In this document: piece after piece, positions 1 through 13,362 of the stretch
Layout: each line of letters begins with the position of its first letter
Position numbering within the stretch: the stretch's first letter is position 1
Assembly (NCBI RefSeq): GCF_000014265.1
Contig: NC_008312.1
Span: 4,560,001 to 4,592,000 of the forward strand
Direction: 5' to 3'
DNA from: Trichodesmium erythraeum IMS101
GTDB taxonomy: Bacteria > Cyanobacteriota > Cyanobacteriia > Cyanobacteriales > Microcoleaceae
Length of the DNA: 32,000 nucleotides
Made by a program: the position numbers and the translations under genes
The notes under the pieces: model-generated
Told to the model about the DNA's origin: nothing
What the model saw: the letters and a program-made list of their open reading frames with translations, nothing else
The model's database searches: none

Positions 1-3000
1 ACCTTCCTCAAAAATATCGAGATCATCATCCCAATTTTGTTCCAAACGATTAATCTCTGCACTCAGGGCATCTTCATAAGCATTAAAACCAGTACCAGCA
101 GGAATCAATCGCCCAATAATTACATTCTCTTTCAATCCCCTTAACCAATCAGACTTACCCTCAATTGCAGCTTCCGTCAACACCCGTGTAGTCTCTTGGA
201 AACTTGCTGCTGAAATAAAGCTATCTGTATTTAGGGACGCTTTTGTAATCCCCAACAACATTGGTGTATATTGAGCAGTGGCTCCACCCGTAATAGACAT
301 AGCCTCATTAACCTGTTCCACTTGTCGCAACTCTATCAATTCCCCAGGTAACATAGTAGTATCACCACCATCATCAATCCTCACCTTAGCTGTCATCTGA
401 CGCACAATTACCTCAATATGCTTATCAGAAATATCTATACCCTGAGACTGATACACTGCTTGCACCTGATTAACCAAAAACCTCTGACACGCCTCAAAAC
501 TCCTCAGGCAGGCTTCATAAGCGCTTTCATGTTCTCGGTAATAGTTGAAGAAAGTCTCCAGAATTTCATGGGGATTCTGAGGTCCATCTGTCAGAGCTTC
601 ACCCACGTTAACATTTTGTCCATCAGCAACAATCACATTCTGGCCATGACCTAGAGGATAATCTGTGATTGTGCCATCACTGGAGACCACGCTCACCTCT
701 ACATTATCATCATTAACATTAACCTGAGCTTGACCAGGATATTTTACTAAAATACAAGACTCTTTGGGTTTACGTGCCTCCAACAACTCTTCAATCCGAG
801 GTAAACCCTGAATAATATCCCCAGTCTTAGTCCGCTCAAACACCAACAGTACCAAAATATCTCCCCGTTGCACTAAATCTCCATCCATAGTCAGCAATAC
901 TGCTCCCGTAGAAACACGATAAGGTCTGCCTTTACGCAAGATTACCTGATAACCTTTACTACCATCATTTAAAACAGTTTCCTCAACTTTTGACACCAGA
1001 CCAGACCTTGGAATAACTATTCCCGGAGCAATTTCGGTACCAGCAACCAACAAATCACCTTCAACTACAGAAGGTAAAGTATTTACTGGTATTTTAACTA
1101 AATCTGCTTCTCGAACTATCAAAATACGACGAATAGCTTCTGAACCTTCTCGGATACCGCGAACCTCACCAGATTTTTTAGATAATATCTGTGTGCGAGA
1201 TACTACCCCTCCAGCTTCAATAACATCTCCATCTTTAACTAATAATCGAGTACTTGTACTACCTTGAGTTGTATCTGCTACCACATCTCGTCGAATGACT
1301 AAAGACTCTAGAATTACCAACTGCAAACGCATTATTCCCTCTTCCTCTAGGTCTGGTAATAACTCAATATCAGCAGCTAATTGAGGGGCTTCTTCTCCAA
1401 TCTCCAATACTAACTGGGTGCGCAGCAATTCTATACCTTCTACAGATTTAACTCTTTCCCCATCCTTAAAAGGAATTCGTTGTACTGCCCGTAACTCAAT
1501 AGAAGAATTAATTGATTTCTGAGAAGGCACACCAGGTTCATCCGGCACATGAAATTCAGTCACAGGTCGCAATAATAAACCAGGACCCTCTGGTGTTTCT
1601 ATATACTCAATGTACTTTAACTCAGATGTTACTAATCCTGGAATTACTTCCTCTCCCGGTGTAGCAATTTGACCATCCATCAGGGTTAAATCCCCTAAAT
1701 CTATTTCATAGTTCCCACTATGTAGTTTGCCTGGTTTAATTACAACTTCTCTGAGAATATCATTTTTCTGGTGTACTTCTGTTACTCCATTAGACTGACA
1801 GAAAATATCCTTAACTATTTCTGTACCAGCTTCCACATATTGACCGTCTTCTACCAAAAGTAAAGATATGTCTTTATTAACTTCATGGCATTCTTCAGGA
1901 ATCCATAGCAACGTACCACCTTTTACTACCTCATAGCCTTGTTTCGCTTTACCACGTTTGAGAACTTCTACTCCAGCATATTTAATGATACCACCTGTAG
2001 AAGTTTGATAATTTTCGTCTAAAAGCTCAGCAATAACTTCGTGGTTGCCAACCTTACTACCAGGGGTAACTTTTAGGGCAAACCGTTGATCATTTTGGGT
2101 CTCAATGATATATTGCTCGCGGTTGGAAATACTTTCCAACCGAACTTTCGCCTGGTCTAGTCGCACACTTGCCGTAATCACCTCAATCTCACGAGGCAAA
2201 TTATCCGGCATTTCAGTATTTATTGGCAGTTGGGCAGAAGTTCCCGTCATTGAGGCTTCTAACTCATCTATTGTTGATTCTTGAGTAGCTTGGGCCAAAA
2301 CATTTGTCTCATTTTGCTTCTCAGGACTGTACAAAGGAGAAGAAGAGATTCTGATCACACCACCATGTTCGGTTACTAATTTAGTTTCCGCAAGTACGCT
2401 GTTAATATTAATCCTAGTGCCATTTTTTACCATTGCTTCTGCACCTGGTGGCAAATTATATACTTCTCCTTCTAATATCCATATCAAACCACCTCTTTGA
2501 GCAATGCGAGTTGTTGTTCCTTGTTTATCTACCTTTTCTTCTTGCACCAACTGAGCAAATTTAAGTTCTCCTGCTAGGTCTGAAGCAACTTCTTTTGTTA
2601 CTTTTTCAGTGGTTTTTCTGACCTGACCTACCTTTGGTACTTCTGCTAAAACTATGCCTGCTGATACCTGCTGGTTATTTTGCACCATTAAAATAGAACC
2701 TTGAGCGATAGGTATAGTTTCTTTACGACCATCAACTCCTAATATTATCATATCAAAATTATTCTCTGCAATCATTGCTTCATCCCCATGACGAGTTCGG
2801 AATGATCTGGTACGCACATTAGATGGATATTTGACTACACCTCCAAAAGATGCTACGAATTGACGGGCCACTTCTCCTGTAAAGACTCCTCCAGTATGGA
2901 ATGTTCGCATAGTTAATTGGGTACCTGGCTCACCGATCGACTGGGCAGCAATAATCCCAATAGCTTCTCCCATGTCAACCATATGACCGTGAGCGAGACT

Positions 3001-3921
3001 CCACCCATAGCAAGTTTGACAGACAGATCGCGGTGATTCACAAGTTAAAGGCGATCGCACAAACACATTTTCTACACCTGCTTTACCTATAGCTTTTGCC
3101 AAATCCTCGGTTAATACTTGATTTTTTACCGCCTGAATATGGCCTTGAGTAACAATTTCTCCTGTTTTTGGATCCTTGACATCATCAGCTAAAACTCTTC
3201 CTAATAGTCTATCCTTGACCGGAATCAAAACACGATCACCATCTTTCATACTAGTTACCATCACTCCCCGCTTAGTGCCACAGTCTGCTTCCCGAACTAT
3301 TACATCTTGAGAAACATCAACCAAACGACGTGTCAAATAACCAGAGTCAGCAGTTCTCAAGGCTGTATCAACTAAACCTTTCCGCGCACCGTAAGAAGAG
3401 ATAATATACTCAGTTACAGTTAAACCCTCCCGGAAATTCGTCTTAATTGGTAAGTCAATAATTTCCCCCTGTGGATCTGCCATCAAACCACGCATCCCAA
3501 CTAACTGGCGAACCTGAGATATATTACCCCGCGCTCCAGAAAATGCCATCATATAAACTGAGTTCAAGGGATCAGTTGATCTAAAGTTACGAACTACTTC
3601 GTTTTTGAGATTTTCACTAGTACTATTCCAAGTATCAATTACTTTTTGAAAGCGTTCTACTTCCGTGATTTTCCCTTTAGTATAACGTTCAGTTGTATTG
3701 CGAATTTCTTGCTCTGCTTCATCTAAAAGTTGTCGTTTAGAAGGAGGTACTTGTAAATCATCTACACTAATAGAAACTCCTGCCTTTGTTGCATAACGGA
3801 ATCCTAAATCTTTCAGCTTATTTGCCATTTGTGCAGTTATTGCTGTACCGTAATTATTAAAAGACCAAGAAATTAGCTTTTTCAGTTGACCCTTATTGAT
3901 AACTCTATTATAGAAAATCAT
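1..3921 (-). CDS. rpoC2: DNA-directed RNA polymerase subunit beta' (cyanobacterial RpoC2); the 3' end runs off the left edge of the window
   Basis: Absent from the ORF track because the frame stays open to position 1. The reverse-strand ATG is at 3921..3919. My translation starts [56 protein letters not shown]. It passes through [22 protein letters not shown] and reaches [12 protein letters not shown] near position 100. These are classic motifs of the beta' C-terminal half. The gene lies directly downstream of rpoC1, as in cyanobacteria and plastids. Confidence 0.96.
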   Translation of the reverse strand, partial: MIFYNRVINKGQLKKLISWSFNNYGTAITAQMANKLKDLGFRYATKAGVSISVDDLQVPPSKRQLLDEAEQEIRNTTERYTKGKITEVERFQKVIDTWNSTSENLKNEVVRNFRSTDPLNSVYMMAFSGARGNISQVRQLVGMRGLMADPQGEIIDLPIKTNFREGLTVTEYIISSYGARKGLVDTALRTADSGYLTRRLVDVSQDVIVREADCGTKRGVMVTSMKDGDRVLIPVKDRLLGRVLADDVKDPKTGEIVTQGHIQAVKNQVLTEDLAKAIGKAGVENVFVRSPLTCESPRSVCQTCYGWSLAHGHMVDMGEAIGIIAAQSIGEPGTQLTMRTFHTGGVFTGEVARQFVASFGGVVKYPSNVRTRSFRTRHGDEAMIAENNFDMIILGVDGRKETIPIAQGSILMVQNNQQVSAGIVLAEVPKVGQVRKTTEKVTKEVASDLAGELKFAQLVQEEKVDKQGTTTRIAQRGGLIWILEGEVYNLPPGAEAMVKNGTRININSVLAETKLVTEHGGVIRISSSPLYSPEKQNETNVLAQATQESTIDELEASMTGTSAQLPINTEMPDNLPREIEVITASVRLDQAKVRLESISNREQYIIETQNDQRFALKVTPGSKVGNHEVIAELLDENYQTSTGGIIKYAGVEVLKRGKAKQGYEVVKGGTLLWIPEECHEVNKDISLLLVEDGQYVEAGTEIVKDIFCQSNGVTEVHQKNDILREVVIKPGKLHSGNYEIDLGDLTLMDGQIATPGEEVIPGLVTSELKYIEYIETPEGPGLLLRPVTEFHVPDEPGVPSQKSINSSIELRAVQRIPFKDGERVKSVEGIELLRTQLVLEIGEEAPQLAADIELLPDLEEEGIMRLQLVILESLVIRRDVVADTTQGSTSTRLLVKDGDVIEAGGVVSRTQILSKKSGEVRGIREGSEAIRRILIVREADLVKIPVNTLPSVVEGDLLVAGTEIAPGIVIPRSGLVSKVEETVLNDGSKGYQVILRKGRPYRVSTGAVLLTMDGDLVQRGDILVLLVFERTKTGDIIQGLPRIEELLEARKPKESCILVKYPGQAQVNVNDDNVEVSVVSSDGTITDYPLGHGQNVIVADGQNVNVGEALTDGPQNPHEILETFFNYYREHESAYEACLRSFEACQRFLVNQVQAVYQSQGIDISDKHIEVIVRQMTAKVRIDDGGDTTMLPGELIELRQVEQVNEAMSITGGATAQYTPMLLGITKASLNTDSFISAASFQETTRVLTEAAIEGKSDWLRGLKENVIIGRLIPAGTGFNAYEDALSAEINRLEQNWDDDLDIFEEG

Positions 3922-4108
3922 GTTTTTTTACCTTTATTTGTTAGTTGACGGGGAGTAGTTAAATAAAACATCCCTACCTATTTCCTATTTCCTATGGAGT
4001 TACGTAGAAACCAGGTTAATCAAGGAAATTTCGCATAGTTACAAAAATCAGGCCATACAGTGCACCCGGTTTCGGTTTCCTGTTTAGGTCTGTAAGTTCT
4101 GCCATGAA

Positions 4109-6127
4109 CTAAAGCACACTTTGAATTGTTTGATTGATAATTATTCGACCAGGCGTTGTCACAACAAACTGTGTAGTCACTAATCCATTACTCTGCCGAA
4201 CTTGGCGAGATTTAATATAAACTTTCTTAATCTCTCCCTCTTGACTATAATGGATTCTATAAAGATTATAAGCCTTCACCAAATCCCCATTTTCGCACTT
4301 TTGCTCTGATTTCAACTCTCCTAAAGTATTAGGTAATACTTTACTATCCAATGGCATCCAATAAGTATGAACCACTAGTTCATCAGATATTTGTTGTATA
4401 TCAGGAGGTATTTCTTCTGGTTTATCAGTTTCAATCTCCACATCAGGAGCTAACCTCAAATAAACATAAGTATGCAAATCTATCTTATCTTGTTGATAAG
4501 CTAAAATTACATCATCAGGGTTAGCAAAATAAAGTGCTTTACTACCTTGGAGTTTATGGTTTTCTGCCGTTAGATAATAACAACCCAACACCATATCTTG
4601 AGAAGGCGTAATAATTGGGCGACCAGTTGCCGGAGACAAAACATTATTCGATGCCAACATCAATAACCTAGCCTCCGCTTGCGACTCCAAAGACAGTGGC
4701 ACATGAACCGCCATTTGGTCTCCATCAAAATCAGCATTAAATGCTGGACATACTAAAGGATGTAGCTGAATTGCTCTACCTTCGACTAAAATAGGTTCAA
4801 AAGCTTGAATCCCTAATCTATGCAAAGTTGGAGCGCGATTTAACATTACTGGATGGCCGTCTATAACTTCTTCTAGTACATCCCAGACGTTGGGGTCTCC
4901 TTTTTGAATTAGTTTTTTGGCAGCCTTAATATTATTCACTAATCCCTGACGAATTAACCGATGAATCACAAATGGTTGAAACAACTCAATTGCCATTTCT
5001 CGTGGTAAACCACATTGATTAATAGCCAACTTAGGTCCAACAACAATTACGGATCTCCCTGAATAATCAACCCGTTTACCTAACAAGTTTTGCCGAAAAC
5101 GACCCTGTTTTCCTTCAATAATATCGCTCAAAGATTTTAGAGGCCTGTTATTTGCACCTACCACAGTTCTACCCCTACGACCATTATCAATCAAAGCATC
5201 AACTGCTTCTTGCAACATTCGTTTTTCATTGCGGATGATAATCTCTGGAGCCAATATTTCCTGTAACCTCGCCAAACGATTATTTCTATTAATTACTCGT
5301 CGGTAAAGATCGTTCAAATCACTAGTGGCAAACCTACCCCCATCCAACTGTACCATCGGACGTAGGTCTGGAGGAATAACAGGAATTGCATCCAAAACCA
5401 TCCATTCTGGTCTTGAACCTGTAGCAATAAAGTTGTCAATTACCCGTAAACGCTTGATTAACTTCGCTCGTTTTTGCCCTTTAGAATTAGCAATTTCTTC
5501 CCGTAGTTTTTCCGCTTCTACTTCTAGATCCAGATTTGCTAACAAAACCTGCAAAGCCTCAGCACCAATACCAACATCAACCCCTACTATTTCAGAATCT
5601 TCACTATAAATTTGGTCTTCAATTTCTAACCAAACATCTTCACTTAACAGTTGTTTATAACTTAAACTTTCGTGATTTCCTGGTTCCAATACCACATAAG
5701 CATTGAAGTAAACAATTTGCTCCACATCCCGCAATGGCATATCTAATAAAATTGCCATGTAACTCGGAATACCTTTGAGGTACCAAACATGAGTTACTGG
5801 TGCTGCTAACTTAATATGTCCCATGCGGTGACGACGCACCCGTGACTCAGTTACTTCCACTCCACATCTTTCACAAACAATTCCCCGATGTCGGACTCGC
5901 TTATATTTTCCACAATGACATTCCCAGTCTTTCGCCGGACCAAAAATACGTTCGCAAAATAACCCATCCATTTCTGGTTTTAGAGTCCGGTAATTGATAG
6001 TTTCTGGTTTAGTTACTTCTCCTACCACAGTACCATTTGGCAGAGTTCTTTCTCCCCATCCACGAATTCTGTCTGGAGAAGCTAACCCAATTTTCACATA
6101 ATCGAATCTTTGTTCAAGTTTTGGCAT
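4109..6127 (-). CDS. rpoC1: DNA-directed RNA polymerase subunit gamma (N-terminal half of beta')
   Basis: 672-aa ORF. It has the Zn-binding [23 protein letters not shown] and the catalytic [16 protein letters not shown] motif. The N-terminus [32 protein letters not shown] is typical of cyanobacterial gamma subunits. Confidence 0.98.
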   Translation of the reverse strand: MPKLEQRFDYVKIGLASPDRIRGWGERTLPNGTVVGEVTKPETINYRTLKPEMDGLFCERIFGPAKDWECHCGKYKRVRHRGIVCERCGVEVTESRVRRHRMGHIKLAAPVTHVWYLKGIPSYMAILLDMPLRDVEQIVYFNAYVVLEPGNHESLSYKQLLSEDVWLEIEDQIYSEDSEIVGVDVGIGAEALQVLLANLDLEVEAEKLREEIANSKGQKRAKLIKRLRVIDNFIATGSRPEWMVLDAIPVIPPDLRPMVQLDGGRFATSDLNDLYRRVINRNNRLARLQEILAPEIIIRNEKRMLQEAVDALIDNGRRGRTVVGANNRPLKSLSDIIEGKQGRFRQNLLGKRVDYSGRSVIVVGPKLAINQCGLPREMAIELFQPFVIHRLIRQGLVNNIKAAKKLIQKGDPNVWDVLEEVIDGHPVMLNRAPTLHRLGIQAFEPILVEGRAIQLHPLVCPAFNADFDGDQMAVHVPLSLESQAEARLLMLASNNVLSPATGRPIITPSQDMVLGCYYLTAENHKLQGSKALYFANPDDVILAYQQDKIDLHTYVYLRLAPDVEIETDKPEEIPPDIQQISDELVVHTYWMPLDSKVLPNTLGELKSEQKCENGDLVKAYNLYRIHYSQEGEIKKVYIKSRQVRQSNGLVTTQFVVTTPGRIIINQTIQSVL

Positions 6128-6589
6128 TTCAGTTATTCATGTATCAGTTATCAGTTAGCCTCCTGCGTCAGAGTTTAATTAATATTACCGACAGCTAAGG
6201 CTAGAGGCTTGAAATACTGAGGTTTGTTTTTTTCGTCCCCTTATAGGAGTCGCCAGGGCAGAATTTGATATTCTCAAATATAGTCACAGCAAGAATTTAA
6301 TTTCTGACTTTCGCCTTCTGACTTTTGCTATAAAAGGGGGGCTATTGACCTCATTATTTTGTCAATTTTTATCAATAGCTATTAGCTTTTCCTTTCGGAA
6401 TACTCTGCAAAGAGGACTTAGCTATCAGCTAAAAATTCAAGAGTAACCGTCTCCTACTATATTTGAAAGAAAAAAAATAGTGGTGCATTTTCAAAGTAGT
6501 TTTAATTTCCCATTATACATGAAAAACTCATAGCTGATCCCTGAATGATCAGTACTACTTCAGATTTCACTCCTCCTCACTCCCTGCTT

Positions 6590-9500
6590 TTAGTCTTGGT
6601 TCCCTTCAGTCGATAATGATTCATATATAGGACGAGATGGTGTTCGCTTTCCTGGCAAATCTGCCATTAAATCAACCTCCACATCCTGAGTCGTACCATC
6701 ATCAACAGTTTCTACTTTATGGGCTGCAATATCCAAACATAGGGACTGTAACTCTCGCATCAATACCTTGAAAGATTCAGGAGTACCAGGTCGTGGAATT
6801 GCTTTTCCTTTCACAATTGCATTCAACGCTTCATTGCGACCCTGCATATCATCAGATTTCACAGTCAACAATTCTTGTAAAGTATAAGCAGCACCAAAAG
6901 CTTCTAATGCCCATACTTCCATTTCCCCAAAACGCTGACCACCTTGTTGCGCCTTACCCCCTAAAGGTTGCTGTGTCACCAGAGAATAAGGTCCTGTGGA
7001 ACGAGCATGAATCTTATCATCAACTAAGTGAACCAGCTTCAACATATAAGCAATTCCCACAGTTACCGGGCGATCAAACCTTTCTCCAGTCCGCCCATCA
7101 AACACCCAAATTTTTCCAGGATGCTTCTCATCAAATACCCAATCTTTACCAGAATTATCCCTGGCTAATTTTAACATTAGATGTACTGTTTCCCTGGATT
7201 TTTCAGGACCATGCATCTCATCAAAAGGTACACACTTAAACCGCACGCTTAAAATTTCACCAGCCCATCCTAACAAACACTCAAAAATCTGTCCTACATT
7301 CATTCGGGAAGGTACGCCCAAAGGATTTAACACCACATCTATAGGAGTACCATCAGGCAAATAAGGCATATCTTCAATCGGTAAAATTCTTGAAATAATA
7401 CCTTTATTTCCATGGCGCCCTGCTACTTTATCCCCTACCTGAATCTTCCGCTTTTGAGCTACATAAACCCTGACCACCATATTTGCTCCTGGTGGTAGTT
7501 CATCTCCTTTTTCCCTAGTAAATACTCGGACATCAACAATACGACCTTTTTCACCATTAGGTACCCGTAAAGAATTATCTCGAACATCTCTTGCTTTCTC
7601 CCCAAAAATTGCCCGCAACAGTTTTTCTTCTGGGGGTTGGTCAGATTCTCCTTTGGGGGTGACTTTACCTACGAGAATGTCCCCTGATTGTACCCAGGCA
7701 CCAACACGAATAATTCCCTGTTCGTCCAAGTTCCGCAGACCGTCTTCTCCAACATTCGGAATTTCTCTAGTAATTTCTTCTGGTCCTAATTTTGTCTGTC
7801 GAGCCTCAATTTCAAACTTTTCAATATGAATAGATGTATAAACATCATCATATACTAAACGCTCACTAATCAGAATCGCATCTTCATAGTTATAACCTTC
7901 CCAAGGCATATAAGCTACTAGAACATTTTGCCCCAAAGCTAACTCAGCCCCTTCAGTAGAGGAACCATCAGCTAATACCTGACCTGCAACTACTTGGTCT
8001 CCCTCAAACACCAGGGGTCTTTGGTTTAAGCAGGTGTCTTGGTTAGACCGCTGATATTTACATAGTGGGTAGTCGGCTTGGTTGCCCTCTTTGTCAATGA
8101 CGGATATCTTAGTTGAATCTACATAGCTAACTTCTCCATCTGTCCGAGTAACAACTACCATACCAGAATCTCGGGCAGCTTGAGGTTCTAAACCTGTTCC
8201 TACAAGAGGTCTATCTGGGTTTAATAATGGCACTGCCTGTCGCTGCATATTAGAACCCATAAGCGCTCGGTTAGCATCATCATGTTCCAAAAATGGAATT
8301 AATGATGTAGCCACTGAAACAACCTGTACTGGGGAAACTGCTACATAGTCTACTTGTTGGGGATTGGTAGTGGTAAAGTCTTGTCGATAACGTACTGGTA
8401 CAACATCCCCTAAAATCTTCCCTTCCGCATCAGTCATAATATCCCCTGGTGCTACTCGCAAATCGTCTTCTGCATCTGCTGTCATATATATTGGGGTGCG
8501 ATCGCGCAACACCCGACCATTTTCTACTGGATAATAGGGAGTCTCTATAAATCCATAGCTGTTGACTTTAGCATGGTTAGCTAGAGAACCAATTAATCCA
8601 GCATTCGGGCCTTCTGGTGTTTCAATAGGGCAAATCCTGCCATAGTGGGAAGGATGGATATCTCGAACAGCAAATCCAGCTCTTTCTCTGGTTAATCCTC
8701 CAGGTCCCAAAGCTGAGATTCGTCTTTTGTGGGTCAGCTCCGCCAATGGGTTTGTTTGATCCATAAATTGGGACAACTGAGATGAACCAAAGAATTCTTT
8801 GATAGCTGCTACTAATGGTTTTGGGTTAACCAGTGATGTTGGAGTTAATGTCTCTGATTCAGATACAGTCATTCGCTCCCGAATAATTCGCTCTAAACGG
8901 TTTAACCCGACTCTGATTTGATTTTGCAGTAGTTCTCCTACACTTCTGACTCGTCGGTTGCCTAGGTGGTCAATATCATCTGTCTGACCAATGTCATACT
9001 CCAAATTAATTAGATAGTCAATCGAAGCTAATATGTCTTCTTTCGTTAATACTCGTACTGTGTTTGGTAAGTTTAACCTTAGTTTATTATTAAGTTTATA
9101 TCGTCCTACTTGCCCTAAGTCGTATCTTTTCTGGTCAAAGAATCGACTGTGGAGTAGTTGTTCTCCACCAGCTATGGTAGGTGGTTCCCCTGGGCGTAGT
9201 TTCCGATATAGTTCTAATAGGGCTTCTTCTTCTCCGTATTGTCCTTCTTTTTCTATAGTTTTTTGGAAATAATCCGGGTGTCTCAAGGAGTCAAAAATTT
9301 CACTGTCTCCTAATCCCAAAGCCTTAAGTAATACTTGAGCAGAAAGTTTACGAGTTTTATCTATTCTAACCCAAACTAGGTCATTTTTATCTGTCTCAAA
9401 TTTAAGCCATGCACCTCGGTTAGGAATTAAACTAGCATTATATGTCCGTCGACCACTCTTATCTGTCTCAGATTTATAGTAAACTCCTGGAGAACGAACT

Positions 9501-9928
9501 ATCTGATTAACAATTACTCTTTCAGCTCCATTAATAATAAATGTTCCCCTATCTGTCATTAGGGGTAAATCTCCAATAAATACTTCTTGTTCTTTTATCT
9601 CCCCAGTTTCTTTGTTAATTAAGCGGGTGGGAACATACATTTGCACTGCATAGCTGCTGTCTCGGCGTTTGGATTCTTCTACACTATATTTTGGTTGTTT
9701 TAGTTTGTAGTTTTTGGCAATAAAGTGAAGTTCTAATTTACCTGTATAATCGGTAATTGGAGAATAACTGTCTAGTTCTTCTATTAGTCCATATTCTAGA
9801 AACCAGCGAAAGCTAGCCCTCTGAATTTCAATCAGATCGGGCATATTGAAAATTTGTAGGTTACTGTAAGTATTTACATTTAATTTTTGATAAGTCATTC
9901 TTGAGTATCCTATTAGGTAGGGAGACAT
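6590..9928 (-). CDS. rpoB: DNA-directed RNA polymerase subunit beta
   Basis: 1112-aa ORF with near-invariant beta motifs: [46 protein letters not shown] and [14 protein letters not shown]. The true start may be the internal Met at 9898 (MTYQKLNV...), because homologs align only from ...[15 protein letters not shown]. Confidence 0.97.
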   Translation of the reverse strand: MSPYLIGYSRMTYQKLNVNTYSNLQIFNMPDLIEIQRASFRWFLEYGLIEELDSYSPITDYTGKLELHFIAKNYKLKQPKYSVEESKRRDSSYAVQMYVPTRLINKETGEIKEQEVFIGDLPLMTDRGTFIINGAERVIVNQIVRSPGVYYKSETDKSGRRTYNASLIPNRGAWLKFETDKNDLVWVRIDKTRKLSAQVLLKALGLGDSEIFDSLRHPDYFQKTIEKEGQYGEEEALLELYRKLRPGEPPTIAGGEQLLHSRFFDQKRYDLGQVGRYKLNNKLRLNLPNTVRVLTKEDILASIDYLINLEYDIGQTDDIDHLGNRRVRSVGELLQNQIRVGLNRLERIIRERMTVSESETLTPTSLVNPKPLVAAIKEFFGSSQLSQFMDQTNPLAELTHKRRISALGPGGLTRERAGFAVRDIHPSHYGRICPIETPEGPNAGLIGSLANHAKVNSYGFIETPYYPVENGRVLRDRTPIYMTADAEDDLRVAPGDIMTDAEGKILGDVVPVRYRQDFTTTNPQQVDYVAVSPVQVVSVATSLIPFLEHDDANRALMGSNMQRQAVPLLNPDRPLVGTGLEPQAARDSGMVVVTRTDGEVSYVDSTKISVIDKEGNQADYPLCKYQRSNQDTCLNQRPLVFEGDQVVAGQVLADGSSTEGAELALGQNVLVAYMPWEGYNYEDAILISERLVYDDVYTSIHIEKFEIEARQTKLGPEEITREIPNVGEDGLRNLDEQGIIRVGAWVQSGDILVGKVTPKGESDQPPEEKLLRAIFGEKARDVRDNSLRVPNGEKGRIVDVRVFTREKGDELPPGANMVVRVYVAQKRKIQVGDKVAGRHGNKGIISRILPIEDMPYLPDGTPIDVVLNPLGVPSRMNVGQIFECLLGWAGEILSVRFKCVPFDEMHGPEKSRETVHLMLKLARDNSGKDWVFDEKHPGKIWVFDGRTGERFDRPVTVGIAYMLKLVHLVDDKIHARSTGPYSLVTQQPLGGKAQQGGQRFGEMEVWALEAFGAAYTLQELLTVKSDDMQGRNEALNAIVKGKAIPRPGTPESFKVLMRELQSLCLDIAAHKVETVDDGTTQDVEVDLMADLPGKRTPSRPIYESLSTEGNQD

Positions 9929-11089
9929 TTTTTATCAGTAGATTTTTAAGTAAACAATCGTGGATTAATATTCCACCAATTAATTGACTATAGATAGCAG
10001 ATTTAAAGTACGTGATAAACAAATATTAATAATACAACCTTTGTGGGACAAATATCTTCTTTAGCACAACTATAAATTACTGAAATAAAATCTGCTGTAG
10101 ACTGACAAATTTTTAAGGCAAGTAAGTAAATTTTTCACTATTAAGTTATTTTGTAGTAATTAAAAGTTTATATTTTAACTGATATAAATCTTATTTTTAC
10201 CAGTCAAACCTATCCAGTTAACGGTATTTTAATCAGATTAAAACTCATATTTAATTTCTCCTTTCACTATAATAATTGTTTAAGGGATAATTTTTTTTTT
10301 GTAATTTTTCTACTGTTTACTCAGATTGATCTCTAGTTTTTTTATTTTCATTTTTGATATACATTCTCATGAAATTATAACTTTTCCCTTTTTCTTGTGC
10401 CACAACAACTAACAACATATTTGCTATACTCACTGAATCGGTTATGAACACAAATATTTATTTAATTTTTTAACCTGTTAATATCAATTATATTAGTAGT
10501 TTGTTAAAAATTAGATAAACTACAAAACAATTATTTGAATCTAATATGATAAGTTTTGCTATCTATCCTTGCTTATATGTTATAAGGAATTAGTTATTTT
10601 GTTTCTAGTTACTAAAATTGTACTGTTACTTATTAAATATTAATAATATATCTATTAATTCATCTTAATTATCATTAATTAATAGTTATGATAATATTGT
10701 ATATAGATTTGTTTCGGCTAATAAATACACTTGATCAATAATGTGTTTATAGATTTACAGCAACAAACTTAGCATAAGTAATGTATATTTGAGATATGAA
10801 CTTCGTTTGAGTAATAAATCATACATATTAAAATAAAATCCAAGAATGTAAGTTAAAATATGAGTTTTAGTAGGATATTATCTTAACTATATCTACTCTA
10901 CAGAACTTACACTTAAGATCTGAACTTACTATTAATTAAAAACTTTACCTGGCAAGCAGCCCACCACAAGAGAGCATAAGAGAGTTTTTCCTAGTATGAA
11001 GAATGGCGATCTAGTTTCAAACTCATTTGTCAATAAATATAATCATAATTAAATCATTAACCTACTCCTCTAAAATAAGTGGAGCTGGG

Positions 11090-11911
11090 TTATTGAAAAT
11101 GAATAGAAAAGCCAAATAGTTCGCAAGCATTTTTGCTGGTTTGTGCTGCTAAATTTTCTAATGTTATACCTCTAAGTTCAGCAACTTTTTTGGCCACATA
11201 TTTTACATAAGCAGGTTCGTTGCGTTTGCCCCGCTTTGGCACTGGTGCGAGAAATGGACAATCTGTTTCTATTAACAGGCGATCATCAGGTACTATTTTA
11301 GCTGATTCTTGAATTTGTGTAGCATTTTTAAATGTCACAATTCCACTAAAGCTAATATAAAACCCTATATCTAAGAACATTTTAGTTTCTTCTGGAGTAC
11401 CTCCCCAGCAGTGCATAACCCCTGTAACAGGCCTGTGATTTTCTTGAAAATCGTACAAAATCTCTGCCATTGAGTTAGCTGCATCACGACAATGAATAAT
11501 TAATGGCTTGTTAAGTTCTTGAGCTATAGTTAATTGCTGTTTGAAGACAAATTTCTGTTGCTCTTGATTATCTGCTTTGTAAAAATCTAATCCCGTTTCA
11601 CCTATAGCTACTACTCTAGGGTCTGATATACCCCAGTTTTTAATTTGATTAGCAGTGGCAGATGTCCACTTGTGAGCATCTAAGGGATGTAAGCCAACTG
11701 CATAAGAAAGTTCTGGAAAGCGATCTGCTATTGCTTTTATAGAAAGGAACTCCTCTGGTTCTACACAGGAGTGAACTAGGTGAACTACTCCTGCTTCTTC
11801 CCAACGTTTACGGATCTTTTCCAAGTCAGAATTGAATATATCAAAGTTGATGTGGACGTGAGTATCAATTAGCTGCATTTGGCTTTTATAGTTAATTTTA
11901 CTACTCCCCAT
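11090..11911 (-). CDS. tatD: TatD-family metal-dependent hydrolase (DNase-like)
   Basis: 273-aa ORF with the TatD signatures [16 protein letters not shown] and ETDCPFLAP. The likely real start is MQLIDTHVH at 11878. Its position between rpsT and rpoB matches the conserved cyanobacterial gene order. Confidence 0.88.
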   Translation of the reverse strand: MGSSKINYKSQMQLIDTHVHINFDIFNSDLEKIRKRWEEAGVVHLVHSCVEPEEFLSIKAIADRFPELSYAVGLHPLDAHKWTSATANQIKNWGISDPRVVAIGETGLDFYKADNQEQQKFVFKQQLTIAQELNKPLIIHCRDAANSMAEILYDFQENHRPVTGVMHCWGGTPEETKMFLDIGFYISFSGIVTFKNATQIQESAKIVPDDRLLIETDCPFLAPVPKRGKRNEPAYVKYVAKKVAELRGITLENLAAQTSKNACELFGFSIHFQ

Positions 11912-12251
11912 ACTAAAGTTACGGAGATTTTTAACGAGTTAAAACTGCGTTTTTCCACATCTACTAGCTGCCACTGGACGCATCCTTGAGGCTATTACAT
12001 AATACTGCACTATACTGTCAAGTTAACGTGGGCATCCTATTTTTTCGTCTTGGTATACTATTTAGATACACATAGACACACAGGTTATCTAAGAACAGAT
12101 GTGCTTAGAGCCCTATATTTTGTATTTATAGATACGCTTTAATAAAGACACATTATAATTCTACAAATCGGACAGGAATTTATTTTTTCTGATAGTTTTT
12201 TTCAGAACTGACTAAATGATAATGATTTATGATAGCTAGACTATTATTCCC

Positions 12252-12590
12252 TTAGGAAGCTACAGAAGTATCTTTAACCCCAGAGTCTGTCTGACTTTTT
12301 TGACTAATTAAATGTCTCTTATAAAATCTCACTAACCTAGCCTTTTTACGAGAACCATTATTTTTATGTAGAACACCACGTTTCACAGCTTTGTCTATCT
12401 TACTATAAGCTTTTGACATTTGCTGTTCAACTTCTATCTTTAATTCATCTGTGGGATTGGAGGCATACTTTTCAACAGTAGTGAAGTATTTTTTCATCAA
12501 AGTTCTAACTGCAGATTTATAACTTTTGTTCCGCAGACGGTTGCGCTCAGCAACTTGGATACGTTTAATAGCAGACTTGATATTGGCCAT
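12252..12590 (-). CDS. rpsT: 30S ribosomal protein S20
   Basis: 112-aa basic ORF starting [34 protein letters not shown], the canonical S20 N-terminus. It carries a short Ser/Thr-rich C-terminal tail ([16 protein letters not shown]). Confidence 0.94.
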   Translation of the reverse strand: MANIKSAIKRIQVAERNRLRNKSYKSAVRTLMKKYFTTVEKYASNPTDELKIEVEQQMSKAYSKIDKAVKRGVLHKNNGSRKKARLVRFYKRHLISQKSQTDSGVKDTSVAS

Positions 12591-13362
12591 AGTTTAATTT
12601 TATTTATATTCAGAATTTTTGACATCCTCCCGATGCCTTTTATATCGCACGGAACTTAAGGCTCCCTATAATTATCCTTAGTCACTATTAGTTTATAGTA
12701 TATAACACTTTTATATAATAGCATTGACTTTGTCAATAGGCAAGGTATTTTTTGGCATTTCCATCAAACTCAAAATGTATAGCTCAACTCTAGACTCCTT
12801 TAACCTCTAATATGATGGGTTAGGTTGAGTTTGGCATAAATCTTAATTTTCTGAAGGCATTAAGATTGGGACTTATGCAGGATAACCCAGAAACCTAGTT
12901 TTTTTAGCAGATGTCTATAGCTATTCATTCATAGTTTGTCAAGGTTAAACAACTAGAAATAAACTATTAAACTCTTGCCCATTAACCATTACCTATTCTA
13001 TATTTCCTAAAAACCCCAAAATTTTGGACAAGGTTAAAATAGGATTGCTATATTATTAAAAACAAGGATTTATTCTAGAAATCTGACTTTAGTGGATAAG
13101 TCTTAAAATATGTCAAAAAGTATTAAAGATGCCAGTGTTATGACTTCACGCTATAACAAAGAGTAATGGGTGATTGGGAAATTGAAAGAATTGTTTGACT
13201 CTTATTCCTAGATCAAGTCAGGGTAATTACAAGACAATTGACAATCAGCAGGAATTTTATTTCTAATTTGTCAGCGTTTAATATTATAGATAAATAGTTT
13301 TAAGATTTATCCAACTCTTTTGGTTCTCAAACTACCCTCTACTGGCGAACTTTATTTTTTAG

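Noticed and set aside
418-654. 78-aa plus-strand ORF
   Set aside because: It lies wholly antisense inside the well-supported rpoC2 frame. Its composition is low-complexity and it resembles no family.
5325-5609. 94-aa plus-strand ORF
   Set aside because: Antisense within rpoC1. It is a shadow ORF of a highly conserved gene.
6793-7239. 148-aa plus-strand ORF (and the 79-aa ORF at 9033..9272)
   Set aside because: Both are antisense shadows inside rpoB, with no recognisable motifs.
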